A DNA stretch of 64,000 nt from positions 64,188 to 128,187 of the forward strand of contig JAFQRA010000034.1 of the NCBI GenBank assembly GCA_017410325.1, written 5' to 3'. The position numbers were made by a program, and so were the translations under genes. Positions 8,677 through 18,237 of the stretch are shown here, one piece after another. Every line of letters begins with the position of its first letter. Within the stretch, counting starts at the first letter, position 1. The notes beneath the pieces are model-generated. The model worked only from the letters and a program-made list of their open reading frames with translations, was not told the origin of the DNA and did no database searches. This stretch comes from Clostridia bacterium. GTDB lineage: Bacteria > Bacillota > Clostridia > Oscillospirales > Acutalibacteraceae.

Positions 8677-11091
8677 TCAGTCTCTGTATTCTTCAATGAT
8701 GAAGGACTCAAAGATATCGCCGAGCTTGATATCGTTGAACTTTGTCAGCACGATACCGCATTCGTAGCCCTGAACAACTTCCTTGACGTCGTCCTTGAAT
8801 CTCTTGAGTGAGCCCATCTCGTCCTCGGCGATAACGATACCGTCACGCACGACGCGGATTTTGGAGGCTCTTGTAACCTTACCGTCAAGCACGTAACAGC
8901 CTGCAACGTTACCAACGGAGGAAATTGAAATAACGTTACGCACCTCAACTCTGCCCTGTACAACCTCACGGGTCTTGGGTGCGAGCATACCCTTCATAGC
9001 TGCCTCGATTTCCTCGATACAGTCATAAATGATGCGGTACATTCTCATCTCAACGCCGTCACGCTCTGCGTATGCCTGAGCTGCGGGGTCGGGGCGGACG
9101 TTGAAGCCGACGATGATGGCGTTGGAAGCGTTTGCAAGCATAACGTCGCTCTCGCTGACTGCGCCGACACCGTTGTGAATAACTCTTACACGAACCTCAT
9201 CGTTGGAGAGCTTTTCAAGGTTCTGCTTGACTGCCTCTGCGGAGCCCTGAACGTCTGCCTTGACGACAACGTTAAGGTCCTTGACCTCGCCTGCCTGAAG
9301 TGAGGAGAAGAGGTTGTCAAGTGTGACCTTCTGTACGGAGTTGAACTGTTCGTCCTTGATTTTCTGCTTGCGCTGTTCAACAAGCTCACGTGCAAGACGC
9401 TCGTCTGAAACTGCGTCGAATACGTCGCCTGCCTGCGGTGCCTCGGCAAGACCCATAATCTCAACGGGGCAGGAGGGGCCTGCCTCCTTGACGTTCTTGC
9501 CGTGCTCGTCAACCATTGCTCTTACGCGGCCGACCGCCGTACCTGCAACGATAATGTCGCCCGAGCGCAGTGTACCGTTCTGAACAAGGAGGGTTGCAAT
9601 CGGGCCGCGGCCCTTGTCGAGTCTTGCTTCAATGACGATACCCTTTGCGGCTCTGTTGGGGTTAGCCTTGAGCTCCTTCATCTCTGCAACGAGAAGTATG
9701 GATTCAAGAAGATTGTCAATACCCATTTTGGTGTGTGCGGAAACGGGAACGCAGATTGTGTCACCGCCCCACTCTTCGGGAATGAGCTCGTACTCTGTGA
9801 GCTGCTGCTTGATTCTGTCGGGATAAACATCGGGCTTATCCATTTTGTTGATAGCTACGATGATTGTAACGCCTGCGGCCTTTGCGTGGTTGATAGCCTC
9901 GATAGTCTGGGGCATAATACCGTCATCAGCGGCAACAACGAGCACGGCAATATCCGTAGCCTGTGCGCCGCGTGCACGCATTGATGTGAAGGCAGCGTGG
10001 CCGGGAGTATCAAGGAAGGTGATAAGCTCGCCGTTTGCCTTTACTCTGTAAGCACCGATGTGCTGTGTGATACCGCCTGCCTCTGTTGAAGTAACGGAGG
10101 TGTGACGGATAGCGTCAAGAAGTGAGGTCTTACCGTGGTCAACGTGACCCATAACGACAACAACGGGGTTTCTGGGCTGAAGGTCTGCATCATCGTCCTC
10201 TGTGGCGTCGATGATTCTGTCTTCGATTGTGACAACGACTTCCTTCGTGACCTTTGCACCCAGCTCGCTTGCTACGATTTCTGCGGTATCGTAGTCGAGA
10301 ATGTCGTTGATTGTTGCCATCTGGCCGAGTGCAAAGAGCTTCTTGATTACCTCTGCGGCAGTCATCTTCAGCTTCATTGCAAGGTCGCCGACCGTAATTT
10401 CGTCGGGAACCGTAATGGAAATCTGTCTGCTTGCACGCTCTGCGGCAATTCTCTTGAGTCTTTCTGCCTCTGTTTCGCGGCGGCGCTGGTTGCCGCCCTG
10501 CTTGCGGTACTGCTTGGATTTCTGGTTGAGCTTCTGCTTTCTGACAGAAGAATCCTGAATACCCTCGGACTTGTTGACGGGAACAATGTTCTCGTAACGC
10601 TCGTTGTATTTTTCGAGCTGAACGTTGTCTGCTCTTGTGTCAATCGTTCTCTTTTCGCCCTTGGTTCTTGCCTGAAGCGGGCCTGTTTTATCCTTCTTCT
10701 TGGGCTGCTGCTGTTCAGGCTGCTTTGCCTGCCGAGGCTGCTGTGCAGGTTTTTTCTCCTGCTGTCTGCCTTCCGGCTTCTTCTGCGCGGGAGCGGCAGG
10801 CTTTCCGGGCTTCTTTTCAGCCTCTGCCTTGGGTGCGGCTTCCTGCTTCTTCTCGGGCTTCTTCTCCTCCTCAGCCTTGGGCTGTGAAGCGGTTGCGAAA
10901 TACTCGTCAAAGCTGCTTACTGCCGACTCCTGGGTGAAGGTTTCAAAAATGATGTCAAGCTCTTTGTCTTCAAGAGCTGTCATATGGTTTTTAGTGTCGT
11001 CAAAATACTTTGCAAGCAGCTCGAGCACAACCTTGCTCGACTTGCCGAAATCCTTGCCGACTTCGTGAATTCTGTATTTGATTGCTGCCAT
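8677..11091 (-). CDS. infB: translation initiation factor IF-2
   Basis: 804 aa. The GTPase G-domain reads [16 protein letters not shown]...DTPGH...NKMD. The N-terminal region is low-complexity and K/P/E/Q-rich. Confidence 0.97.
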   Translation of the reverse strand: MAAIKYRIHEVGKDFGKSSKVVLELLAKYFDDTKNHMTALEDKELDIIFETFTQESAVSSFDEYFATASQPKAEEEKKPEKKQEAAPKAEAEKKPGKPAAPAQKKPEGRQQEKKPAQQPRQAKQPEQQQPKKKDKTGPLQARTKGEKRTIDTRADNVQLEKYNERYENIVPVNKSEGIQDSSVRKQKLNQKSKQYRKQGGNQRRRETEAERLKRIAAERASRQISITVPDEITVGDLAMKLKMTAAEVIKKLFALGQMATINDILDYDTAEIVASELGAKVTKEVVVTIEDRIIDATEDDDADLQPRNPVVVVMGHVDHGKTSLLDAIRHTSVTSTEAGGITQHIGAYRVKANGELITFLDTPGHAAFTSMRARGAQATDIAVLVVAADDGIMPQTIEAINHAKAAGVTIIVAINKMDKPDVYPDRIKQQLTEYELIPEEWGGDTICVPVSAHTKMGIDNLLESILLVAEMKELKANPNRAAKGIVIEARLDKGRGPIATLLVQNGTLRSGDIIVAGTAVGRVRAMVDEHGKNVKEAGPSCPVEIMGLAEAPQAGDVFDAVSDERLARELVEQRKQKIKDEQFNSVQKVTLDNLFSSLQAGEVKDLNVVVKADVQGSAEAVKQNLEKLSNDEVRVRVIHNGVGAVSESDVMLANASNAIIVGFNVRPDPAAQAYAERDGVEMRMYRIIYDCIEEIEAAMKGMLAPKTREVVQGRVEVRNVISISSVGNVAGCYVLDGKVTRASKIRVVRDGIVIAEDEMGSLKRFKDDVKEVVQGYECGIVLTKFNDIKLGDIFESFIIEEYRD

Positions 11092-11103
11092 GCGTTATCC
11101 TCC

Positions 11104-11382
11104 TTAATTCTGCTCGTCGGAGTCAAGCTCCGAAAGCATACTGTCATATACGGGCTGTTCGATTTTACAGCCGAAGGCTCTTTCAAACCGCTTTGCCTTT
11201 ATTGCGGCGGTGAGGCACTTGCTGTCACGGCAGATATATGCGCCTCTGCCGTTTTTCTTTCCCGTGAGGTCAAGCGAAATCTCACCCTCGGGTGAGCGTA
11301 CCGCACGGATAAGCTCCCGCTTGGGCTTCATTTCACCGCAGCCCAGGCACTTGCGAAGCGGAACCTTTTTCGGTTTATTCAT
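11104..11382 (-). CDS. ylxR: YlxR/DUF448 family RNA-binding protein
   Basis: 92 aa. RKCLGCGEMKPKRELIR...GRGAYIC motif, in the canonical position between nusA and infB. Confidence 0.9.
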   Translation of the reverse strand: MNKPKKVPLRKCLGCGEMKPKRELIRAVRSPEGEISLDLTGKKNGRGAYICRDSKCLTAAIKAKRFERAFGCKIEQPVYDSMLSELDSDEQN

Positions 11383-11412
11383 ATTGTTACCGCCTTCGTA
11401 TTATTATCATTA

Positions 11413-12471
11413 TTATTCTTTAATCTCAAAAAATCCGCTTTCGGGATTGATGTCGATTTTCCAGCCTGTAAGTCTTGCGGCAAGTCGTGCATTCTGGCCC
11501 TTGTTGCCGATTGCAAGTGAAAGCTGGTTGTCGGGAACCGTTACACAGCAGGAGTTGGGAGCATCGTCGAGCACTTCAACGCTGATAACGTCTGCCGGAG
11601 CAAGAGAAGCGGCAATGAACTCGGCCGGATTTTCACTGTACTTTACAATGTCAATCTTCTCTCCGCCGAGCAGGTCAACAACCTTGCCTACACGGGCGCC
11701 TCTTGCGCCTATGCAGGAGCCGACAGCGTCAACGTTTTCGTCTGCGCTGTAAACGGCAACCTTTGTTCTGGAGCCTGCCTCACGGGAGATAGCCTTGATT
11801 TCAACCGTGCCGTCAAAAATTTCGGGAACCTCTTCCTCAAACAGTCTGCGGACAAGGCCGGGATGTGTGCGGGAAATCATAGCCTTTACGCCGCTCTTTT
11901 CACCCTCACGGATGTCAACAACGTAAACCTTGACAAGGTCACCGACCTTGAGTATTTCGCCGGGCACCTGTTCCGTTTTGGGAAGCACGGATTCGCCTTT
12001 GCCCAGCTCAACCGTTGCGTTGCCTGTTTCAGCGTCAATGTTAACTACGCGGACTGTAACAAGCTCCTGGTGCTTGGACTGGAATTCCTGCTTGATCTGG
12101 CTGCGCTCAGCCTCGCGGATGCCCTGGCGGATAACGTTCTTCGTAGTGCTTGCGGCAATACGGCTGAAATCCTTTGTTTCAAGCTGGATTTCAACAATAT
12201 CACCGGGAACGGCACCCTTCTTGTAACGCTGTGCTTCTTCGGGAAGAAGGTCCGTAATCGGGTCGGAAATTTCAGAAACTACGTTTTTGCGAAGGTAAAC
12301 GGCCATTGAGCCTTCCTCAAGGTCGATATCGCAGTAGCCGATATCTCTGCCGTATTCACCCTTGATTGCGGAAACAATAGCCGCCTGAATGCGTTCGCAA
12401 AGAATATCTGCAGGGATATTCTTTTCCTTTTCGAGCATTTTCACTGCTGCAAAAAATTCTTTCGTATCCAT
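11413..12471 (-). CDS. nusA: transcription termination/antitermination factor NusA
   Basis: 352 aa with S1 and KH domains (IGNKGQNARLAARLTGWKIDI), located downstream of rimP. Confidence 0.95.
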   Translation of the reverse strand: MDTKEFFAAVKMLEKEKNIPADILCERIQAAIVSAIKGEYGRDIGYCDIDLEEGSMAVYLRKNVVSEISDPITDLLPEEAQRYKKGAVPGDIVEIQLETKDFSRIAASTTKNVIRQGIREAERSQIKQEFQSKHQELVTVRVVNIDAETGNATVELGKGESVLPKTEQVPGEILKVGDLVKVYVVDIREGEKSGVKAMISRTHPGLVRRLFEEEVPEIFDGTVEIKAISREAGSRTKVAVYSADENVDAVGSCIGARGARVGKVVDLLGGEKIDIVKYSENPAEFIAASLAPADVISVEVLDDAPNSCCVTVPDNQLSLAIGNKGQNARLAARLTGWKIDINPESGFFEIKE

Positions 12472-12510
12472 TTTTTATTAATCAATCCTTTCGGTAAATT
12501 TACAAATTAA

Positions 12511-12993
12511 TTATATGATTGCACTGTCGTCAAGGCGTACCCAGGAAACTTCCTTGCGTGTGATGAAAAGCTGTCTTTCATCCGTTTCTACGGTGAAGCC
12601 CTCGCTGTCGTGTGCCAGAAGCTTGCAGTGAAGCTCTCTTTCGCCCGTTTCAAGCGGACGGATAAGCCTTACTATAATGCTTGCACCGAGGTAAGCCTCA
12701 AAATGTGCGGGGCGTGAAAGCTCTCTGTCCGTGCCGGGTGAGCTGACCTCAAGGCAGTAGGCCTGCTCAATCGGGTCTGCTTCGTCCAGCGGCTTGTCGA
12801 TAGCGTGGCTCATATCCACACAGTCATCAATGCTTACTCCGCCTTCCTTGTCGATGAATATGCGAAGATACCACTGTGCGCCCTCTTTAACAAAACGCAC
12901 GTCCCACAGCTTTAAACCGAGCTGAGCTGCAATGGACTCGGCTATGGCCGTGACTGCGGCTACGGTGTTGCCGCCTTTTTTCTTGCCTGCCAT
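12511..12993 (-). CDS. rimP: ribosome maturation factor RimP
   Basis: RimP-like sequence in the position upstream of nusA. I place the start at the ATG 7 nt after AAGGAG; the track ORF starts 6 nt earlier at GTG. Confidence 0.88.
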   Translation of the reverse strand: MAGKKKGGNTVAAVTAIAESIAAQLGLKLWDVRFVKEGAQWYLRIFIDKEGGVSIDDCVDMSHAIDKPLDEADPIEQAYCLEVSSPGTDRELSRPAHFEAYLGASIIVRLIRPLETGERELHCKLLAHDSEGFTVETDERQLFITRKEVSWVRLDDSAII

Positions 12994-13196
12994 AAACACA
13001 CTCCTTTGTGGCGGGTACGGATTGCACTCACCGCCTTACAAAAACAAGAGAGCGGACTCGTCAAGCCCACTCTCAGTTCAATGTTCGTACAATGCTAGTG
13101 TAACACAATTGTTTGTGAATAGCAATAGTTATTTTAAATATTTATTATATATTCTTTAAGCAATATATAAGTGCAACTTTGCCAAAATATCCCTGA

Positions 13197-14264
13197 TTAT
13201 CCAACGGGAATAAAGCTTTTGACGAACTTTATGATTATCTTAATGATTTCCATAATCATATCAAAGAGCTCCTCAAGCTCAAAGGAAATGGGAATATCGG
13301 TGTTTACTGCATCCTCAAGGTTGCCCATGCCGTCGGGAAGCGGCTTGCCGTCGTACTTGGATTTGTGAGAAACGAGCCAGGAAATCATACCCTTGGGATA
13401 TGTAAGCTTTACGTTTTCACCCTTGGCATTGACGGTGGTCATGTGCGGGTAGTCGCCGTTTTCCGTTGAGAACATATCGTTGTTTACTGCGTACCATGCG
13501 TGGTGGCTGCTGGGTGTCTTTGAGCCGTCGGCATAGCAGACGGTGGAAAGCGTGGAGAAGCGGCACTTTTCGGGAACGTTGGTTACTTGGCAAAGCTTTT
13601 CCCAGGTGGGAGCAACGCTCATGCCGTAGTTTACAATCGGGTCACCCGAAGCGGAGGTTATCCAGACGGGCATATCGGCAATCTTCTCAAGCGATGTTGT
13701 GGAAGGAGCCCATGCGGGGCAAATCGGGAAAGCGGCCGCAAACATTTCGGGGTAGGCGATAGCCATTTTAAGGGTCATCTTGCCGCCCATGGAATAGCCG
13801 CCGATATAAATTCTCGTTGTGTCGATGTTATTTTTATTTTTTGCAATGAAATCTTCAATTGCGGCACGGAGAGGCTCAACCATTGAGTTGTCCCAGCAAA
13901 TGCCCTTTTCTTCTCTTGAACGGGGAGCAAGAATGAAAGCACCCTTGCCGAAGCGCTGCTGGTATTCGTCACTTGCCCAGAGTGCCATGTGGCTCTTGGT
14001 TACCTGGTTGCCTTCCTTGTTACCGTCGCCCAGACCGTGGAGCCAGACAACGAGGGGGTATTTAGTGCTGTCGTTTTTCTTTACGGGTGAAAAATAGCGG
14101 TAGTCAATGCTGTATCCGGCTTTGACAGGGCCTTCACCGGCTACGAACTTTTCTCTCAGCTCGCCTATGCCGTCGGGAGTGTAGGCAGATGCAATTATAC
14201 CTGAGCCGAATACACAGCAAAGCGCAAGCACAAGAGCAATAATTTTTGAAAACGTTTTGTTCAT
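13197..14264 (-). CDS. secreted alpha/beta-hydrolase (esterase/peptidase S9-like)
   Basis: Signal peptide, WLHGLGDG, and nucleophile elbow GGYSMGG. I place the start at the ATG (MNKTFSK). Confidence 0.7.
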   Translation of the reverse strand: MNKTFSKIIALVLALCCVFGSGIIASAYTPDGIGELREKFVAGEGPVKAGYSIDYRYFSPVKKNDSTKYPLVVWLHGLGDGNKEGNQVTKSHMALWASDEYQQRFGKGAFILAPRSREEKGICWDNSMVEPLRAAIEDFIAKNKNNIDTTRIYIGGYSMGGKMTLKMAIAYPEMFAAAFPICPAWAPSTTSLEKIADMPVWITSASGDPIVNYGMSVAPTWEKLCQVTNVPEKCRFSTLSTVCYADGSKTPSSHHAWYAVNNDMFSTENGDYPHMTTVNAKGENVKLTYPKGMISWLVSHKSKYDGKPLPDGMGNLEDAVNTDIPISFELEELFDMIMEIIKIIIKFVKSFIPVG

Positions 14265-14379
14265 TACGTACACCTCTGAATAACAATTTTTTACATTATA
14301 TCAAATTTAATCCGATAAGTAAACAAATTTTACTTTTAATATTTATTTTTGTCATACAAACAATAGAAAAGAAGGTGAT

Positions 14380-15399
14380 ATGATGAACAAAAAAACGGGA
14401 AGACAGACAATAATTCTTGAAAACCGGCCGAGAATAATTGCTTCGGCAGGCGTTGTCGGCAAGAAGGAAGGCGAAGGACCGTTAAGAGAAGAATTTGACA
14501 GAATTTTCACCGACGGACGAATGAACGAGGACTCGTGGGAAAAGGCGGAAAGCGCCCTGCAAAAGGCGGCAATCGAAACCGTAATTGAAAAATCGGGCAG
14601 AAAAAACGAAGATATAGACCTGCTTTTTGCGGGCGATTTGCTGGGCCAGTGCATAGGCACAACCTTCGGAATAAGGGATTTCGGAATACCCTTTGCGGGG
14701 CTGTACGGAGCGTGCTCGACTATGGCTCTGTCCCTTGCAATGGCAGGTGTCTTCGTCAATTCCGGTGCGGCTCAAACGGCAATAGCCGCAACCTCGTCAC
14801 ATTTCTGTTCGGCGGAAAAGCAGTTCCGTCTGCCGCTCGAATACGGTGGTCAGCGTCCGCCGCAGGCACAGTGGACGGCAACTGCCGCAGGTGCGGCGGT
14901 GGTTGAAAACGCCGTGCGCGGCATAGCTATCGAAGCGGTTACCTTCGGAAAAATATGCGATATGGGTGTAACGGACGCAAATAATATGGGCGCGGCAATG
15001 GCCCCCGCTGCGGCGGATACCATAGCGGCGCATTTTCGTGAGAGCGGTACAAAGCCGGCGGATTATGACGTGATTGTAACGGGTGACCTGGGGGCTATCG
15101 GCTCAAAGCTTGCCGTAGAATTGCTGAAAAGTGAACACGGCATTGATATTTCGGGCATACACAAGGACTGCGGCACGATGCTTTTTGATATTGATGCGCA
15201 GGACGTCAACTCCGGCGCATCGGGCTGCGGCTGCAGTGCCGCTGTGATGTGTACGCACTTTATGCGTCGGCTTCGTGAGGGCGAAATCAAAAAGCTGCTC
15301 TTTGTCGGCACGGGTGCGCTGATGTCAACCGTTTCAAGCCAGCAGGGTGAAAGCATACCCACAATCGCACACGCCGTCGTGCTGAAAGGGGGAGAGTAA
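14380..15399 (+). CDS. spoVAD: stage V sporulation protein AD
   Basis: 339 aa with a thiolase-like SpoVAD sequence (VVGKKEGEGPL...FAGDLLGQ...GLYGACST). No spoVAC or spoVAE is adjacent. Confidence 0.88.
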   Translation: MMNKKTGRQTIILENRPRIIASAGVVGKKEGEGPLREEFDRIFTDGRMNEDSWEKAESALQKAAIETVIEKSGRKNEDIDLLFAGDLLGQCIGTTFGIRDFGIPFAGLYGACSTMALSLAMAGVFVNSGAAQTAIAATSSHFCSAEKQFRLPLEYGGQRPPQAQWTATAAGAAVVENAVRGIAIEAVTFGKICDMGVTDANNMGAAMAPAAADTIAAHFRESGTKPADYDVIVTGDLGAIGSKLAVELLKSEHGIDISGIHKDCGTMLFDIDAQDVNSGASGCGCSAAVMCTHFMRRLREGEIKKLLFVGTGALMSTVSSQQGESIPTIAHAVVLKGGE

Positions 15400-15557
15400 A
15401 TTGCTGAAAAAACTTTGCTGTGACCTTAAAATAATCAACTGTGCAAGCAAGGTAATAATCTGCCTTGACGCGATGAAAAAATTCCTCTGCGCAACACTTA
15501 TCATTTTTGTTTTAATCAAAGGCTTGATGCTGTGTGTAGCGGTGAAGGACTGAAAAA

Positions 15558-15594
15558 ACAGCGTACAGATTTTGCTCTGTACGCTGTCGGTTTT
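15558..15594. terminator. intrinsic terminator between convergent genes
   Basis: Stem ACAGCGTACAG / CTGTACGCTGT (11 bp) followed by CGGTTTT, with an A-run on the other side. Confidence 0.7.
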
Positions 15595-15603
15595 ACATAG
15601 CCG

Positions 15604-17559
15604 TTATTCGGGTATAACCGTAATTCTCGTTTCGCCGTTGGTGTAGGCGGTAAGGGTGAGCGTTTTCGTTTCCTCGTCCCATTCCATTTTGCCTTTGGCG
15701 TTGTTGGAGGCGGTTGCATCTACCGACGGGCAGGTGTCAAAGCCCGTAAGAGTGATGACGGTTACTCTGAAATCGTTGGGGTTGCCCATTTTACCGCCTG
15801 CGGCATAGGCTTGCATAAATTGGTCTTCGCCTTCAAGCCCTGCGCAGACCGCGTCGGTGTCAAGGCGCAGGTTGCAAAGGTCAATTTCAATGCGGTCTTC
15901 CCGTTCGTCAATTATTGCATAGGTGTGTGCTTCAAGCTCGGCGTAAAGCTGTACCTTGTTTTCGGGCAGGGTGCAGCTTACCGTCTGCTTGGCGTTAACC
16001 GTTTTGTTTTCGTTGCTGTTGAAAATATAGATGTAGTCGTTTATGTCAAACAGCACGCCGTCACCCGTGTAGGTTTCCTCATAACGCTTGTTGAAGAATT
16101 TCTGCTTTATCGGGTTGATGAAAAGCAGGTTGAGGAAATAGGTGAAATCGTTGAGAATCTCGGCTTCGGGCAGCACCTCTTTGGGGTCGGAATAAATCGG
16201 CAGAATGGGAATGAGGTAGTATCTGCCCGTGGAGGGTACCCAGGTTTTGGTGCAGTCGAAATACGGGGAAATATCAAAGTTTTCATCAATAAAACTGAAC
16301 ACGTCACAGTACAGACCCTGGAGCAGGTGTGCATCGTTGCCGCTTAAGGCATACGAACGGGGAAGAGTCATTTTGTAGGCAACCTTTATGTTCTCTTTTA
16401 CTTCTTCCTTGTCCGGCACTGCACCGTTTAAAACAAGCTGATAAATCGGGTAAAGCACGTCGTAGAAGGTGGGGGTCAGAATAACCTCACCGTCAACAAA
16501 GTGGTAAAGACCGCCACGGCTGAACGTTCCTTCAATGGCGTAAACGGTTGCACCGCCGACAAGGTCGGCTATCATATCAATGCCGTAAAGTGCAGGCGGA
16601 TATTTCGCCGTTGTAATCGGGTCGGGCTCGTTGGGGGCAACGCCGACATCATCGTACTCAATAAAGCCCTCCTCATACCAGAGGAAGTTTTCAAGGTTTA
16701 CTCCCCAGTTGCCGCAAACATCGTCCAGCCAGCAGCCCAGAATGTTGGACTGGCTTGCAAAGTGCCTGCCGTGGCCGTTGTGCTTGTCCATAATAATTAC
16801 GTTTTCGGTGTTGGCCTTGAGCAGGTCGTAAAGCTCTCTGTCTTTGAGAATCTGGTTTATGTAGTTTGCTTTTTTGTAGTAGATGTATTCCATATCCTGC
16901 CAGATGAAAAGGCCGCCGTTTTCGGCACAGGCCTTGATACAGGATTTGAGTCGGGCGAGAATGTTTTTGTTAACGCCGTTGTCCTCGGTAACCTCGTCAT
17001 AGGCGAGCTTCTCGTTAGTAACGCCGTTTGTTGAAAGCTCAACCTGAACGAAGCCGATAAGCGAGGGATGCTCTTTGAATACGGCGGAAAGCTCCTCTTG
17101 TGTAAAGGGGTCACGGGTTTTGTTTGTGCAGAAGCACTCGGACTGGCAGACTATCGGCACGTTTGCCGCATCGGTAATTGTCAGAAGCTCGTCCCAGAAT
17201 TCAAGCTGTCTTGCAGGGGTCATATCCGTTGTGCCCTCGTCAATGTAAATAACCGCAAAGCTTCTGATGTCCTCGGGCAGGGCGTTGTATGTTTTAATTG
17301 CATATTCTGCAAACGCTTCACCCGTCTGCGGGCCGCCCCATACAGGGCAGTTTCTAATCATAAACAGCGGGTTTTCCTCGTCAACGTACATACGCAGTCC
17401 GTCAACCTTTTTACGTGTGCGGATTTCGGCAGGCTCGTTTGATTTCGGCGCCAGCGGCAAAAGGTCCGTCGGAATTTCCGCCGTATCAACGGCAACAGCT
17501 TCAAAAGGAATAACAAGCAGCATTGCCGCAATGAGAAGTATGCTGATGATTTTTTTCAT
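15604..17559 (-). CDS. secreted hypothetical protein, possibly a glycoside hydrolase
   Basis: 651 aa with a signal peptide (MKKIISILLIAAMLLVIPFEAVA) and a C-terminal beta-rich tail. I cannot assign a family from sequence alone. Confidence 0.5.
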   Translation of the reverse strand: MKKIISILLIAAMLLVIPFEAVAVDTAEIPTDLLPLAPKSNEPAEIRTRKKVDGLRMYVDEENPLFMIRNCPVWGGPQTGEAFAEYAIKTYNALPEDIRSFAVIYIDEGTTDMTPARQLEFWDELLTITDAANVPIVCQSECFCTNKTRDPFTQEELSAVFKEHPSLIGFVQVELSTNGVTNEKLAYDEVTEDNGVNKNILARLKSCIKACAENGGLFIWQDMEYIYYKKANYINQILKDRELYDLLKANTENVIIMDKHNGHGRHFASQSNILGCWLDDVCGNWGVNLENFLWYEEGFIEYDDVGVAPNEPDPITTAKYPPALYGIDMIADLVGGATVYAIEGTFSRGGLYHFVDGEVILTPTFYDVLYPIYQLVLNGAVPDKEEVKENIKVAYKMTLPRSYALSGNDAHLLQGLYCDVFSFIDENFDISPYFDCTKTWVPSTGRYYLIPILPIYSDPKEVLPEAEILNDFTYFLNLLFINPIKQKFFNKRYEETYTGDGVLFDINDYIYIFNSNENKTVNAKQTVSCTLPENKVQLYAELEAHTYAIIDEREDRIEIDLCNLRLDTDAVCAGLEGEDQFMQAYAAGGKMGNPNDFRVTVITLTGFDTCPSVDATASNNAKGKMEWDEETKTLTLTAYTNGETRITVIPE

Positions 17560-17695
17560 TTTTTTCAGCTCCGTGGTTTGTTTTGGTTGAGTAATATATT
17601 ACAGCCTGATACCGGAATTGTCAAACCCACCGACGAGGTTTTTGGCCGATATATCCGTTTGTGCGTTGAGACAAACATCAGTAGTGTCCGGTTTT

Positions 17696-17790
17696 ATCTT
17701 AAAGTTGACTTTTTGTAGGGGCGGATATTATCCGCCCGTGTTGATATTGCTCGGTTTGCGGGCGGCTGATAGCCGCCCCTACTGTGAAGC
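17696..17790 (+). repeat. REPIN-like doublet, family B
   Basis: ATCTTAAAGTTGAC...GTAGGGGCGGATATTATCCGCCC...GGGCGGCTGATAGCCGCCCCTAC...GTGAAG: two hairpins with GTAGGGG heads pointing outward. A near-identical copy lies in inverse orientation at 43551-43640. Confidence 0.85.
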
Positions 17791-18007
17791 TTTAAGTGAA
17801 ACAAGGTGGTAGGGGCAATTCACTTGCTTGTCCGCCGTTTAAGCGATATGGTGATAAAGCTTACCAATCAGGGGACGGTTCTATGATTGGTCTCCTGATT
17901 GATTAATATTTCTTATCAAAAGGTATGTAAATCCATTCAAACCATTGGAATCGCCGCCTTTTATTTCTTTGCAAACACATTATAACACATATTTTCCCCA
18001 AAAAGAA

Positions 18008-18036
18008 GTTACAAAGTGGTTACAAATGGTTACAAA
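18008..18036 (+). promoter_or_regulatory. three phased GTTACAAA direct repeats upstream of the glycan locus
   Basis: GTTACAAA occurs at 18008, 18019 and 18029, spaced 11 and 10 bp, about 200 nt upstream of the priming transferase gene. Confidence 0.3.
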
Positions 18037-18237
18037 CTCCGACACCGTGTTGCGAAACGGCAACGCGGCCGATTTTCGCTTTGGTTGTTACCCGCTGTTT
18101 ACCTTTGCCGAATATACGCGTTTATTTTTCTTTAAAAGTAGTTGTATTTTGACAGATAAAGTGTTAAAATCGACAATAGGTGTATTATTTTTATATAAAC
18201 TTATTTATTTTACTTTTCAGAATGGAGGTATGTGTTG

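Noticed and set aside
10135-10937. Several 100-250-aa ORFs on both strands inside the 5' third of infB
   Set aside because: They arise from the low-complexity K/P/E/Q-coding repeats of the IF-2 N-terminal region. Their L/C/F-rich or R/S-rich products are not credible.
15401-15553. Small ORF after spoVAD as a truncated spoVAE
   Set aside because: It is too short (26-50 codons), and I see no resemblance to SpoVAE as I recall it. It is kept only as a remark in the findings, not as a feature.
17618-17812. 64-aa track ORF (…FCRGGYYPPVLILLGLRAADSRPY…)
   Set aside because: It is the translation of the family-B palindromic repeat. It has no RBS, and the same sequence occurs inverted at 43.6 kb. It is not a gene.
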